A stretch of DNA of 60,563 nucleotides, the filler included. It is 6 parts of 6 records of this genome, joined end to end, with 100 filler letters (N's around TTAATTAATTAA, not from the genome) between each part and the next. Parts side by side here need not be neighbours in the genome. Positions count along the whole stretch, not along the records: positions 44,183 to 54,242 come from SRR31156797_649; positions 54,343 to 60,563 come from SRR31156797_650; 4 more parts are not named here. The stretch is one strand, 5' to 3'. A model generated the notes under the pieces. It saw only the letters and a list, made by a program, of their open reading frames with translations. It was not told the DNA's origin and did no database searches. A program made the translations under genes and the position numbers. Shown piece after piece: positions 48,608 through 58,490 of this stretch (the first letter of the stretch is position 1; each line of letters begins with the position of its first letter).

Positions 48608-49756
48608 CTAAAGACCGATCAATCGGCTGATAATCTCTTTTTGAACTTCAGATGTTCCTCCGCCAATAGGCTGGACTCTTTGGTCCCGCCAGATTCGCTG
48701 CACTTCGTATTCCATCATGTAGCCGTATCCGCCATGGATCTGTATGCACATGTCTGCGATTTTCACTGCCTGCTCACAGGCGAAGATTTTGACCATAGCC
48801 ACTTCCTTGGAGCAATCCAAACCATTGATGAAAAGCCAGACAGCGTGGTAGGTCAGGCGCCTGGCCGCTTCAATCCAGGTGAGCATGTCAGCGAATTTGT
48901 GGCGGTTGACCTGAAAGGAGCCTATGGGACGGCCGAATGCTTCCCGGGTTTTGGCATATTCAAGGGTGATATCAAAGCATCGTTGGGCCGCGGCGACAGA
49001 ACCGACGGCCATGCTCAGGCGTTCAAGTTGAAAACCGCCCATGATCTGGTAAAAGCCCTGGTTTTCCATGCCTAAAAGATTAGAAACCGGAACCCTTACG
49101 TCTTCAAAGGCCAGTTCGGCGGTATCGGACGTGCGCCAGCCCAGTTTATCCAATTTTCGGCTGATTGAAAAACCGGGAGCATCACGGTCCACAATGATCT
49201 GGCTAATGCCTTTATGACCGGAATCTGGATCGGTTTTACAGGCGACGATGTAAAAATCAGCCCGCACTCCATTAGTAATAAATATTTTTGATCCATTGAT
49301 CACGAAATCATCGCCGTCCCTTACCGCTCGAGTGCGAATGCCGGACACATCCGAACCCGCCCCGGGCTCGGTGACGGCCAGCGCCCCGATTTTCTCGCCG
49401 CGAATTGACGGAACCAGGTAATTTTGTTTTATTTCCTCACTCCCGAAATTATTCAGCGGCGGCAATATAATGGCATCATGGAGAGACAATCCCGCAGCCA
49501 CGCCGCCGGATCTTGAATGCACCAGTTCCTCGGCCATTATAAGTTTGTAACGAATGTCTCCGCCTACCCCGCCGTATTCTTCGGGCAGCCCGCCGGAAAA
49601 AAATCCAAGGTCGCCCGCCCTTTTGTACAGTTCTTTTGGGAATTCACCTACGGCTTCCCATTCTTCGGCGTGGGGGGCCAGTTCCGCCTCAACCCATTTT
49701 CTAACCGATTCTCTAAACATTTTGTGTTCGTCATCGAACAGCCATTCCTTTTCCAT
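48608..49756 (-). CDS. Acyl-CoA dehydrogenase
   Basis: TEPGAGSD, NGSKIFITNG, QIHGGYGY, IGGGTSE; GGAGG RBS. Confidence 0.95.
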   Translation of the reverse strand: MEKEWLFDDEHKMFRESVRKWVEAELAPHAEEWEAVGEFPKELYKRAGDLGFFSGGLPEEYGGVGGDIRYKLIMAEELVHSRSGGVAAGLSLHDAIILPPLNNFGSEEIKQNYLVPSIRGEKIGALAVTEPGAGSDVSGIRTRAVRDGDDFVINGSKIFITNGVRADFYIVACKTDPDSGHKGISQIIVDRDAPGFSISRKLDKLGWRTSDTAELAFEDVRVPVSNLLGMENQGFYQIMGGFQLERLSMAVGSVAAAQRCFDITLEYAKTREAFGRPIGSFQVNRHKFADMLTWIEAARRLTYHAVWLFINGLDCSKEVAMVKIFACEQAVKIADMCIQIHGGYGYMMEYEVQRIWRDQRVQPIGGGTSEVQKEIISRLIGL

Positions 49757-49788
49757 ATAACCTCCGTTTTTCCACAAATCCGTTTATG

Positions 49789-49873
49789 AAGCTCCCCGCA
49801 GCAGGCTACGGGGTGTCAAACCCGCTGCATTTGACCTTCGGTCTGTCATATTCGGTTCCGCCGAATATGACCC
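49789..49873. repeat. Short palindromic repeat (IS200/IS605-end-like MITE) plus hairpin
   Basis: AAGCTCCCCGCAGCAGGCTACGGGG followed by GTCATATTCGG-TTCCG-CCGAATATGAC. Confidence 0.5.
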
Positions 49874-50010
49874 GAATGAACGATCGATTGTTTTATAATT
49901 CGTGCGACCTTAAAATAAAGCCCTCTCCATCTGAATGGAACAGGTGCAAGTCACTTGTAAGGATGCCGGAATTTAAGGCATCTCCTTGATGTTACGACTT
50001 CAAAACACCT

Positions 50011-51558
50011 CTAACGCGCCCGTTGGTCGTGAATCACCGGGCGATTCCTCAACTCCGCCTTAAGAATCTTACCGATCTGGTTGGTAGGAATAGCTTCTAT
50101 AAATTCGATGTACCTGGGCCGCTTATAACCGGCAAGGCGGTCCTTCACCCAGTCCGCCGCCTCATCCATTGTTAGATTCATATCTTTGTTTAAGACAATA
50201 AAAGCCTTTACGGACTCGCCCCATTCCGCATCCGGCACACCCACTACCGCAACCTGGTCAACAGCAGGATTCTCCTGAAACACCAGTTCAACCTCCTTGG
50301 GATAAACGTTCAGACCGCCGGTCTTGATCAGGTCTTTCTTCCGGTCGCTCATGTACCAATACCCGTCGCTATCCTCCCAGAGAAGATCCCCGGTACGAAG
50401 CCATCCCCCTGCCAGGGCATCGTGCGTATCCTCAGGTCGTTTCCAGTATTCCGTCATGACAGACGGCCCCTTTAACCATAGCTCTCCGACTTCGCCGTTA
50501 GGAAGGTCCCGGCCGTTCTCGTCCACTATCCGCCACTCAAAACAGGCCAACGGACGGCCGCATGTACCCGGTCGCGACAGTTCTTCCTCTTCGTCGGTCA
50601 CCGAGGCCACGTTGCCGCACTCCGTTTGTCCGTATACTCCCCGGAATCCACAATCCAGGACATCCCGCAGCCCTCGCAGAGTCTCCCCGGACTCCACTCC
50701 GCCCATGCCGCCCATGAACCGCAAGGCCGACAGGTCATGACCTGCCTCCTTCTGGTGCGCGATCAGCCATGAAGCAAGCGGGGGCACCAGGGCAGAAAAC
50801 GTCACCTTCTCCTCTTCCAGCAACACTGCCATCTGTGCAATGTCCGGCATGGGCATTAACACGTTCCAGCCGCCTACATGAAATACGGCCAAAGCCAGGC
50901 CCAATCCCGCCATGTGGAACAGGGGCAGAACATTTAAATACCGGTCGTCCTCACTTAGCCTTAACCGGGCGGTCAGGTTGAAATTGTTGGCGAGCATCGC
51001 CCGGTGGCTGAGGACGCATCCCTTTGGTTTTCCTGTAGTACCGCTAGTATAAAGAAGAAGAAATCCGTCATCCGTCAACACATCCTCGGCGCCCTCCGGC
51101 TCGACCTCATCCTCTCCGTCCAACAAAGACTCGTATTCCGTATCTCCTTCCGGGCACTGGCCGACAACGACTACGGAGTCAATGGATTCCAGGCCCTTCC
51201 GCTCCAACAGCCCTAGAAACATATCCAGAGCCACTACAACGCGGACTCCGGCATCATTCAAGATATATGTGATTTCCGCCGGTGTGAGACGGAGATTAAC
51301 GGGCAGGGCGATCACTCCAATCTTTGCGCAAGCAAAATATACTTCCAATATTTGTGGTATGTTAGGCAGCATTACCGCCAACCGGTCCCCTTTTAAAATC
51401 CCCCGAGACCTTAATGCATGCGCCAACCGATTCACACGACAATTGAAATCTTCATAGCTGATACGCTTCTCCCCCAAAACCAGGCCGATCCGCTGAGAAT
51501 TCATCCTTGCGTTTCGTCTAGCCAAGCTGCCAATAGTAAAATTGCCGGCGACACCCAT
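50011..51558 (-). CDS. Long-chain fatty acid--CoA ligase (AMP-binding)
   Basis: YTSGTTGKPKG, YGQTE, TGD, DRKKD.I..GG.N; AAGGAGG RBS. Confidence 0.93.
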   Translation of the reverse strand: MGVAGNFTIGSLARRNARMNSQRIGLVLGEKRISYEDFNCRVNRLAHALRSRGILKGDRLAVMLPNIPQILEVYFACAKIGVIALPVNLRLTPAEITYILNDAGVRVVVALDMFLGLLERKGLESIDSVVVVGQCPEGDTEYESLLDGEDEVEPEGAEDVLTDDGFLLLYTSGTTGKPKGCVLSHRAMLANNFNLTARLRLSEDDRYLNVLPLFHMAGLGLALAVFHVGGWNVLMPMPDIAQMAVLLEEEKVTFSALVPPLASWLIAHQKEAGHDLSALRFMGGMGGVESGETLRGLRDVLDCGFRGVYGQTECGNVASVTDEEEELSRPGTCGRPLACFEWRIVDENGRDLPNGEVGELWLKGPSVMTEYWKRPEDTHDALAGGWLRTGDLLWEDSDGYWYMSDRKKDLIKTGGLNVYPKEVELVFQENPAVDQVAVVGVPDAEWGESVKAFIVLNKDMNLTMDEAADWVKDRLAGYKRPRYIEFIEAIPTNQIGKILKAELRNRPVIHDQRAR

Positions 51559-52014
51559 GCTTCCTCCTTTATTTGAAATGTTACTGCAATCCAACCCAAA
51601 TGCGTTCCAACAATCCCCCCATGTCGATCATTTTTCCAACCGACGCTTTAATCATTTTATGTTCGTCATATAATAACCATTGCTTTTCGATGTTACTTTC
51701 CGTCAGGTCTTCGCCTTGGTGTGAACGATCATTCGTTCGCCAATGTAAGATAAGGAACTTCTTCTGTCAAGTGAAAATAAGTCCAGGTTAGCTGAGAAAC
51801 ATACAGTATGGAAAAAGCATGGCATGGTTAGTAACGATCAAATATTCTAGTGAAATATGAATTAAAATGGCTCTTACACTTGCAAGTAAAAGAAATACAG
51901 GCGAAAATAAAAAGAATGATGGATAAAAGACCACCTACCGAAGAAACGCCGATCGATCAATGTACATGCAGGACTTCAGGGTAGCGCGTGATACACTTGT
52001 ACACGGATTTGTGA

Positions 52015-52500
52015 ATGAAAGCATCGCCAAAATTTTTATTGCCTGGTGAATACATTATCAGCAAAGAACCTTACATGGTCACAACATTATTAGGTTCATG
52101 CGTGGCCGTGTGCCTTTACAATCATAATGCCGGGTTCGGCGGCATTAATCACTACATGCTTCCCGAGGCGGGAAAAAACAAACTATCGGGCAAGTACGGC
52201 GATTACGCCAATGAATACCTGATACAATTCATGCTCAGGAACGCAGGCGGTCTGGCAGGTGTTGAAGCCATGTTATTCGGCGGGGCCAGCGTCGTCAAAT
52301 CAATTACACACGGCCCTAATATAGGGAATTTGAACGTACAAATGGCCCGAACAATTTTGCAGAAGTATAAAATACCCATTGTCTCGCAAATAACCGGCGG
52401 ATTCAAGGGAATGAAAATAAAATACCATACCGGGAATAACAGAATAAACTGGCGTTATATTGACGAGACGCAGTTGCGGGATTTGCCCGAGTTCAGGTGA
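52015..52500 (+). CDS. cheD: Chemoreceptor glutamine deamidase CheD
   Basis: TLLGSCVAVC, NHYMLP, KYGD, FGGA. Confidence 0.9.
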   Translation: MKASPKFLLPGEYIISKEPYMVTTLLGSCVAVCLYNHNAGFGGINHYMLPEAGKNKLSGKYGDYANEYLIQFMLRNAGGLAGVEAMLFGGASVVKSITHGPNIGNLNVQMARTILQKYKIPIVSQITGGFKGMKIKYHTGNNRINWRYIDETQLRDLPEFR

Positions 52501-52609
52501 ATCCGGTTGGATATAGTAGAGGCGACGTTTAATGAGTAATAACAAAACAAACAGTGTAATCAACATTAACTTTATTTTGGCCGCGGCCGAATTTTATTAG
52601 AGGTGGTTT

Positions 52610-53548
52610 ATGGAAGCCGAACGAGTTTTTCTCCTGCCGGGCGAATATTTAATCAGCAAAAAACCGCACACAGTGACCACATTACTTGGGTCTTGCGTGG
52701 CGGTATGCCTTTACAGCAAGAAGGCCGGGTTTGGGGGGGTTAATCATTACATGCTTCCGACCAGCAGCACGGGCGAGCGTTCGGCAAAGTATGGAGACTA
52801 TTCTATTCAGACTATTATTCGATTCCTGGAACGGGGTTCGGGAACGCTAAGCGGCGCCGAGGCCATGATATTCGGAGGGGCTAATGTGGTCGGCGCAATA
52901 AAGAGCGGCGCCAATATCGGCGCCAAAAATATAGAGATCGCGAAACGACTTTTAAATCAATACAGAATTCCCATAACCAAGGAACATGTCGGCGGCAATA
53001 CGGGGATGAAGATTATTTACCAGACCTGGAATAACAACATCGAATTCAGAAAGATCGAACGGTCTCAATTCGCCAATACCTTGCTGGCCAAGGAAGAGCA
53101 TTTTGAAAAGCACAAAATCAGGGTGCTGATAGTCGACGATTCGGCGATTGTGAGAAGCCTTCTGGCCAAGGCCATGGAAAATGAGCAGGACATAGAAATT
53201 GTCGGCCAGGCCAAGGACGCTTTCGAAGCCAGGGAAATGCTTTTGGAAAGAAGCCCTGATGTCATTACGCTCGACATAATCATGCCTAAAATGGACGGCG
53301 TGACTTTTCTTAAAAAATTAATGGTTTATCATCCCATTCCGGTAATAATCTGCAGCACGATCGCCAAGGCCGGGAGCAAGGTTGAACTTCGGGCCGATAA
53401 AATCGGCGCCGTGGATATCATAGACAAGGAATCGCTGAACCTCTACCAGGGCATGGAAACAGTAAAGAAAACTCTTTTACCGAAAATCAGGGCGGCGTCC
53501 AGAAAGCACGTTCACAAGAAGGCCAAGGGGGATGTAGTAAACATATAA
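52610..53548 (+). CDS. CheD fused to a CheB-type receiver domain
   Basis: CheD motifs, then IRVLIVDDSAIVR...PDVITLDIIMPKMDG.TFL. No methylesterase domain. Confidence 0.85.
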   Translation: MEAERVFLLPGEYLISKKPHTVTTLLGSCVAVCLYSKKAGFGGVNHYMLPTSSTGERSAKYGDYSIQTIIRFLERGSGTLSGAEAMIFGGANVVGAIKSGANIGAKNIEIAKRLLNQYRIPITKEHVGGNTGMKIIYQTWNNNIEFRKIERSQFANTLLAKEEHFEKHKIRVLIVDDSAIVRSLLAKAMENEQDIEIVGQAKDAFEAREMLLERSPDVITLDIIMPKMDGVTFLKKLMVYHPIPVIICSTIAKAGSKVELRADKIGAVDIIDKESLNLYQGMETVKKTLLPKIRAASRKHVHKKAKGDVVNI

Positions 53549-53571
53549 TTTAAAACAGGAAATCTTAATTA

Positions 53572-54242
53572 TTATGAACCGGGCAGTGTTATGACATGGC
53601 CCGGTTCATCTTGCTTGGCGGCTGATATGTTTATATTTTTTCCTTTTTCCAGGACAAGCCGACATACTGCTTCGAGGGCCAGTTCCGGCCGGTTGTTTGT
53701 CTGACTCAAGTGGGCCAGAACCACATTCTCCAATCCTTCGTGAGTTAATTCCTGTATTAGTTCAGCTGATTCCTGATTTGACAAATGCCCTCTTCTGCTT
53801 TGAACCCGGCGTTTTGTCTCCCAGGGATAGGGTCCTTCAATCAACATTTTGGGATCGTGGTTGGATTCGACAATCAAGGCGCGGCATCCGGCGAGCCTGT
53901 TGACTACCAGTTTGGTTGCAATCCCAAGATCAGTGGCCAGGCCTAGTTTAACGCCGTTGTTTTCAAAGGTGAAACCGACAGGATCGGCGGCGTCGTGGGA
54001 AATTGAGAAGGGGTGAATGCGGATTGGGCCGATATCCAGTTCACAGCCGGTTTTAATAATATTGGGCCTTATTTTTCCTATAACAGGAAGGGCCCGGTCT
54101 AAGGTCGCCTCATTGATATATATGGGTAAATTGAGTTTTCTGGCCATGACGCCGACGCCCAGAATATGATCCCTGTGTTCGTGGCTGACCAGCAGGGCCT
54201 TGAGGCGGCGGTGGTCGAGACCGGCGGCGGCCATTCGTTTAA
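53572..54242 (-). CDS. MBL-fold metallohydrolase (YycJ/WalJ-like), 5'-truncated
   Basis: SHEHRDH, SHDA, TDLG, ESNHD, GHLSN, AHLS..NN. Confidence 0.88.
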
Positions 54243-54342
54243 NNNNNNNNNNNNNNNNNNNNNNNNNNNNNNNNNNNNNNNNNNNNTTAATTAATTAANN
54301 NNNNNNNNNNNNNNNNNNNNNNNNNNNNNNNNNNNNNNNNNN
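54243..54342. other. Artificial contig linker
   Basis: N-run with TTAATTAATTAA. Confidence 0.98.
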
Positions 54343-54429
54343 TCTTGCTAATTTTCTATATGCTTTTTTAATCTCATCTGTAGAAGCAGAATCACTTACT
54401 TCTAGTGTCTCATATAAACTTTTTGCCAT
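54343..54429 (-). CDS. cbpA: J-domain protein (CbpA/DnaJ), N-terminus only
   Basis: MAKSLYETLEVSDSASTDEIKKAYRKLAR with AGGA RBS; not in the ORF track. Confidence 0.8.
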
Positions 54430-54478
54430 TTTTTAATCCTATAAAATAATAATATTTGTAGTGTAATTATACCATAAG

Positions 54479-54531
54479 GTTGAGTCAAAGTCAATCAAGT
54501 TAATATTTAGATTTAGCAGACTTGACTCAAT
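54479..54531. promoter_or_regulatory. Two HAIR-like (HspR) operators
   Basis: GTTGAGT-N7-AATCAAG (54479-54499) and ATTTAGC-N7-ACTCAAT (54511-54531), versus HAIR consensus CTTGAGT-N7-ACTCAAG. Confidence 0.65.
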
Positions 54532-54590
54532 AAAAATAATTCACTCTGCATTTTAAGAGACTTTAAACACTTTTTAGTAATGATACATTT

Positions 54591-54917
54591 ATGTTTGAGA
54601 AAGATGAATGGACTCAGCAAGAGTTATATAAATATACTAAAGAGTTAGAAAAAGAGGGTAGAGATGTTGTATTAGTTGATACTATATTAAAACCTTTGGA
54701 TAATATAGAAACCATCACTTATAACCCTTATGAAATGGCACAAATGCCAACAAGTACAGTATTTGTATTTTATTGTGATACTGGAAAAACTACAAAAGAA
54801 AGATTAGAGTTTTATCGAAAAAAACTTCCAAACCACAATTGCATTAGTTTAAGAGGTGGAAGAGGTTATTGGAGACCAAACTATCAACTACTTGATGAAA
54901 TAGGAAAAAATGTATAA
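54591..54917 (+). CDS. Rhodanese-like small protein
   Basis: VLVDT, VFYCDTG, SLRGG. Confidence 0.55.
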   Translation: MFEKDEWTQQELYKYTKELEKEGRDVVLVDTILKPLDNIETITYNPYEMAQMPTSTVFVFYCDTGKTTKERLEFYRKKLPNHNCISLRGGRGYWRPNYQLLDEIGKNV

Positions 54918-56082
54918 AGAATTTGATTATATAATAATTGGAGCAGGGATAGCAGGTTGTTCAACTGCATATTTTCTTTCAGAATATTCTGATTCCATAT
55001 TATTGATTGATAGAAACTGTGATGTTGCACAAGGTGCAAGTGGCGCGGCAGGAGCTTTTTTATCTCCACTTTTAGGAAAACCAAATAAATTTAAAGATCT
55101 AGTTACTAAGGCAATAAATTTTTCTACAGATTTTTATTTAAAAAATATTCCAAATGAGATAACAAACTGTGGAGTTGTTAGGATTCCAAAAAATGAAGAA
55201 GATGAAGAAAAATTTGATTCTTATAAACCATATATGGATTTTAGTTATGAGGAAAAAGATGGTGGATATTTTTTTAAAGTTGGTTCACAAGTAAACTCAT
55301 ATAATATTTGTAAATATTTATCAAAAGGTGTAGATAAACTATTTAAATTTGATGTAACAAATATTAATAAAGAAGATGAATCATGGATTATTAACAATAA
55401 ATATAAAGCAAAAAACATTATTGTAACTACTGGCGCTGATGTATCTTTGATTGAAGAAAAATATTTCAATATAAGAGCTGTGTGGGGACAAAAAATTGAT
55501 ATTTTAACCACTACTGAAACAAAAACAAATTATCATAAACAATGCTCTTTGTCTCATTCAACTTATTTAAATAGAAAACAAAAGTATTTAACTTCGATTG
55601 GTGCAACACACCATAGAATTGAGGAGGATTTGAAACTTTGTAACTGTTGTATTAATTCTTTTAGAGATGAACAAAGTTATGCCTATGATAAAAACAGAGT
55701 TGATGAAGATTGCAAAAAACTTATCTCTTTGGCAAACGATATAAAAACATTAGAAAATGTAGAGATTCTTGATATTAAGATTGGACCTAGAGCCTCAAGC
55801 TTAGATTACTTTCCTATGGTTGGAAAGATGATTGACTCATCTTCAACTATAGAAAAGCATCCTCACTTAGTAAATGGTTCTCATGTAAAAGATAGTATGC
55901 TTGATACTTATGATAACTTTTTTGTTTTAAATGGAGTAGGGGGAAGAGGTTATGTATTGTCACCTTATCTTGCTTATAATCTAGTAGAGAGTATTATTAA
56001 TAATACTCAACTTGATGAAGATATTACAACACACAGGTTATTTAAAAGATGGGTGAAGAAAAGTAAAAGTTTTAATAAATAA
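54910..56082 (+). CDS. FAD-dependent oxidoreductase (MnmC C-terminal/DAO-like)
   Basis: IIGAGIAG, GASG, GQ, IGATH, R....D..P..G, G.GGRG. Confidence 0.8.
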   Translation: MYKEFDYIIIGAGIAGCSTAYFLSEYSDSILLIDRNCDVAQGASGAAGAFLSPLLGKPNKFKDLVTKAINFSTDFYLKNIPNEITNCGVVRIPKNEEDEEKFDSYKPYMDFSYEEKDGGYFFKVGSQVNSYNICKYLSKGVDKLFKFDVTNINKEDESWIINNKYKAKNIIVTTGADVSLIEEKYFNIRAVWGQKIDILTTTETKTNYHKQCSLSHSTYLNRKQKYLTSIGATHHRIEEDLKLCNCCINSFRDEQSYAYDKNRVDEDCKKLISLANDIKTLENVEILDIKIGPRASSLDYFPMVGKMIDSSSTIEKHPHLVNGSHVKDSMLDTYDNFFVLNGVGGRGYVLSPYLAYNLVESIINNTQLDEDITTHRLFKRWVKKSKSFNK

Positions 56083-56150
56083 ATAAACTTTTTAGTTAAA
56101 ATAATATTAATAAAACTAAGATAAAATAATCGTAAAAAAGAAGGACACAA

Positions 56151-56735
56151 ATGAAAAATTTATTTAAAGTAGTTTTTTTAGGTTTAGTAGGATTTGGAAT
56201 ACTAGTATATTTTACAGCAGAAAAGCCAAAACAAATTGTTGCAGATGAAAATGTATTAAATATTGTTAAATATGATTCACTACCTTCAACTTATGAATTA
56301 GTTGGAACAGATACAGATGTAAAAAAAGAAGAGCTTTTCAAAAAAGACAAAAAATATTTAATTGTTGTTGGAAATCATGATTCACTTTCAGTTGTAAAAG
56401 ACTTACCAAAGTTTTTTAAAATCTCAACTCCTTATGTAATGGTTGCTAATATCTCAGCAGCACCATGGTTTGTTAAAAAGATGTTTATTCCTGGAAAACT
56501 TGAAGAGTTAAATCAAGGGACAAATATTCCAATGATTTATGACTTTGATGGAGATATGGTAAATGCACTAAAAGTTGTTGATAATTCAAAAACAAAATTT
56601 ATTGCGTATATTTTAACTGAAGTAGGAACGATTTCAAAAGTATATGAAGGAAATGTTAAAGAGGGTGCATTAGATGGTTCAATGAGTGATGAAGAAAAAA
56701 AATTAGCTTTAAAACCTCTAGCAGAAAAACTTTAA
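56151..56735 (+). CDS. Membrane-anchored hypothetical protein
   Basis: N-terminal TM, VANISAAPWF motif; followed by hairpin TATAGGGC/GCCCTATA (56746-56766). Confidence 0.7.
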   Translation: MKNLFKVVFLGLVGFGILVYFTAEKPKQIVADENVLNIVKYDSLPSTYELVGTDTDVKKEELFKKDKKYLIVVGNHDSLSVVKDLPKFFKISTPYVMVANISAAPWFVKKMFIPGKLEELNQGTNIPMIYDFDGDMVNALKVVDNSKTKFIAYILTEVGTISKVYEGNVKEGALDGSMSDEEKKLALKPLAEKL

Positions 56736-56872
56736 AAATCTTAAATATAGGGCTTTGTGCCCTATAAAACTTAAATAACTTTCAAAAAACACTTAGCAAA
56801 AAAAATTTAATTTTACTTAATTATATAAATATATGATTTTCAAAGATGTAAAACTTTAGCTTAAATATTAAT

Positions 56873-56891
56873 ATTGATAGTGATTATCAAT
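56873..56891. promoter_or_regulatory. Fur/PerR-type box
   Basis: ATTGATAGTGATTATCAAT, a near-perfect 9-1-9 palindrome containing TGATAnT-N-ATTATCA. Confidence 0.75.
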
Positions 56892-56935
56892 AAAATTTAA
56901 GAAAAAAGAAGTTATCATTTCATAAGGATTTAAAT

Positions 56936-57523
56936 ATGAGTAGAAATGAAATTATACATATGCAAGAGTTATCTCAACTTCTTATAGAAAATGTAAATAA
57001 TAAAGCAACTTTTGACCAGCTTTTATTAAATGGAGCAGAAATAAACTATCAAAATAGTTATGGATGGTCTGTTTTATTTGAATCGATAATTTTAAAAAAC
57101 AACCATAGTTTAAAAAAATTAATTGATATGGGTGTAAATTTAAATCTAAGAGATAGTTCTGGAAGAAATTGTTTATTTTGGGCAATATACTCAGAAAATT
57201 TAGAAGCTTTTGAATTACTTTTAGAACACAATGTAAGTTTAGAAGTGTATTTAAAAGATAAATTGCATGCTTTACATTACAGTGTATATAAAGGAAGAGA
57301 AGACTTTGTAGCGAAATTATTAGAATTTGGTGTAGATGTTAATCTTATTGATCATCTAGAAGCAAACCCTGTGTTTTATGCAGTTTTATACAAACATAAT
57401 AGTTTAATCGAATATTTGATTAACAAAGGTGCTGACTTAAATAAAATTGACATCTTTGGCAACAGTGCATACTCGTTATCAAAAGAGTATGGTTTAAAAA
57501 TAGTAGATAAGGAAATAAAATGA
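56936..57523 (+). CDS. Ankyrin-repeat protein
   Basis: Repeats LL.NGAEIN, G.N.LFWA, ALHYSV, GVDVN, GADLN. Confidence 0.88.
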   Translation: MSRNEIIHMQELSQLLIENVNNKATFDQLLLNGAEINYQNSYGWSVLFESIILKNNHSLKKLIDMGVNLNLRDSSGRNCLFWAIYSENLEAFELLLEHNVSLEVYLKDKLHALHYSVYKGREDFVAKLLEFGVDVNLIDHLEANPVFYAVLYKHNSLIEYLINKGADLNKIDIFGNSAYSLSKEYGLKIVDKEIK

Positions 57524-57987
57524 CAAAAATAATGAAAATAGAAAATGTAAAAGCTCATTGTGATGTACCTTGTGGAATTTATGACCCAATCAGTGCACAA
57601 ATTGCAGCATTAAGTGTTATTAGAATGGTTGACTTAATTGAAGGTTTAGAAAATGATGGAGGAATTGAGTATTTAAATTCAATTTCTAGACATATTTCTG
57701 TTAAAGAAGAAGAATCTGAAAAAGTTAAACATGAGATTAGAATTATTTGGGGAGATTTTATTAAACCTCCAATGATTGAAAAATATCCAAATATTCATGC
57801 AATTGTACACAAAATCATGGCTTTAGGAAGTGCAAATAGACAACATGTATCAAGAGAAAAAGCTGTTGAACTTTTAGATGCAGTGAATGAGTTTGCTGAA
57901 ATCTTTTGGTCTTTAAAAGAAGTAGAAACAAAAAAAGTAAAGGCTTTATATCTTCCAAATGAAGAGATTGTCGTTCCTTTATATTAA
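57520..57987 (+). CDS. sodN: Nickel superoxide dismutase precursor
   Basis: Nickel hook HCDVPCGIYDP after a 12-aa leader; KEE....VK.E..I.W.D; F.EIFW. Confidence 0.93.
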   Translation: MTKIMKIENVKAHCDVPCGIYDPISAQIAALSVIRMVDLIEGLENDGGIEYLNSISRHISVKEEESEKVKHEIRIIWGDFIKPPMIEKYPNIHAIVHKIMALGSANRQHVSREKAVELLDAVNEFAEIFWSLKEVETKKVKALYLPNEEIVVPLY

Positions 57988-57988
57988 A

Positions 57989-58264
57989 ATGTTTAAAATA
58001 TTAAAAATAGAAGGGGATTCGATGTATCCTCTTCTGAAAAATGGACAAAAAATATTATGTTTGAGTAAATTTTTTTGTAACTTTAAAGAGGATGATATAG
58101 TTATATTTAATCAAAATAAATATGGAATGATGATAAAAAAGATTCAAAAAATTGTAAATGATGAATTTTATGTAAAAGGTACAAGTTATGATAGTATAGA
58201 CAGTTCAATATTTGGAAGTATAAAAAAAGAGAAAATTCTTTATAAAATGGTATATAAATTCTAG
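57989..58264 (+). CDS. sodX: NiSOD maturation protease (S24/S26 family)
   Basis: GDSMYP serine motif, MIKKI lysine, SIDS..FG; directly after sodN. Confidence 0.85.
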   Translation: MFKILKIEGDSMYPLLKNGQKILCLSKFFCNFKEDDIVIFNQNKYGMMIKKIQKIVNDEFYVKGTSYDSIDSSIFGSIKKEKILYKMVYKF

Positions 58265-58490
58265 TTATTTTATTATTTAATTGTATTTTTTAAGTTAAAA
58301 AAGGACAGTTTATGTAAAATAAATAATATTTAATATAATTTTAAAGAATAAAATCCCTAAAATAGGCTTACATCTTAAAATAGGACTAAAATTGTCTTAA
58401 TTAAAAAATTAATATTTCTGTATTATTGACAGTTAAATATATTGGAGTATTATTAGTGTGTTATTAAAATTTTTACAAAAGGATATAAAA

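Noticed and set aside
48605-49075. Antisense and alternate-frame ORFs in the GC-richer piece 5 and similar short ORFs elsewhere
   Set aside because: They overlap well-supported genes and show no motifs or RBS.
49786-49989. 67-aa ORF MKLPAAGYGVSN...
   Set aside because: Translation of a palindromic repeat in an intergenic region.
10561-54342. Recurrent TTAATTAATTAA within N-runs, and GC shifts across them
   Set aside because: Artificial linkers. Adjacency and composition changes between pieces are not biological, so no cross-linker operons or islands were called.
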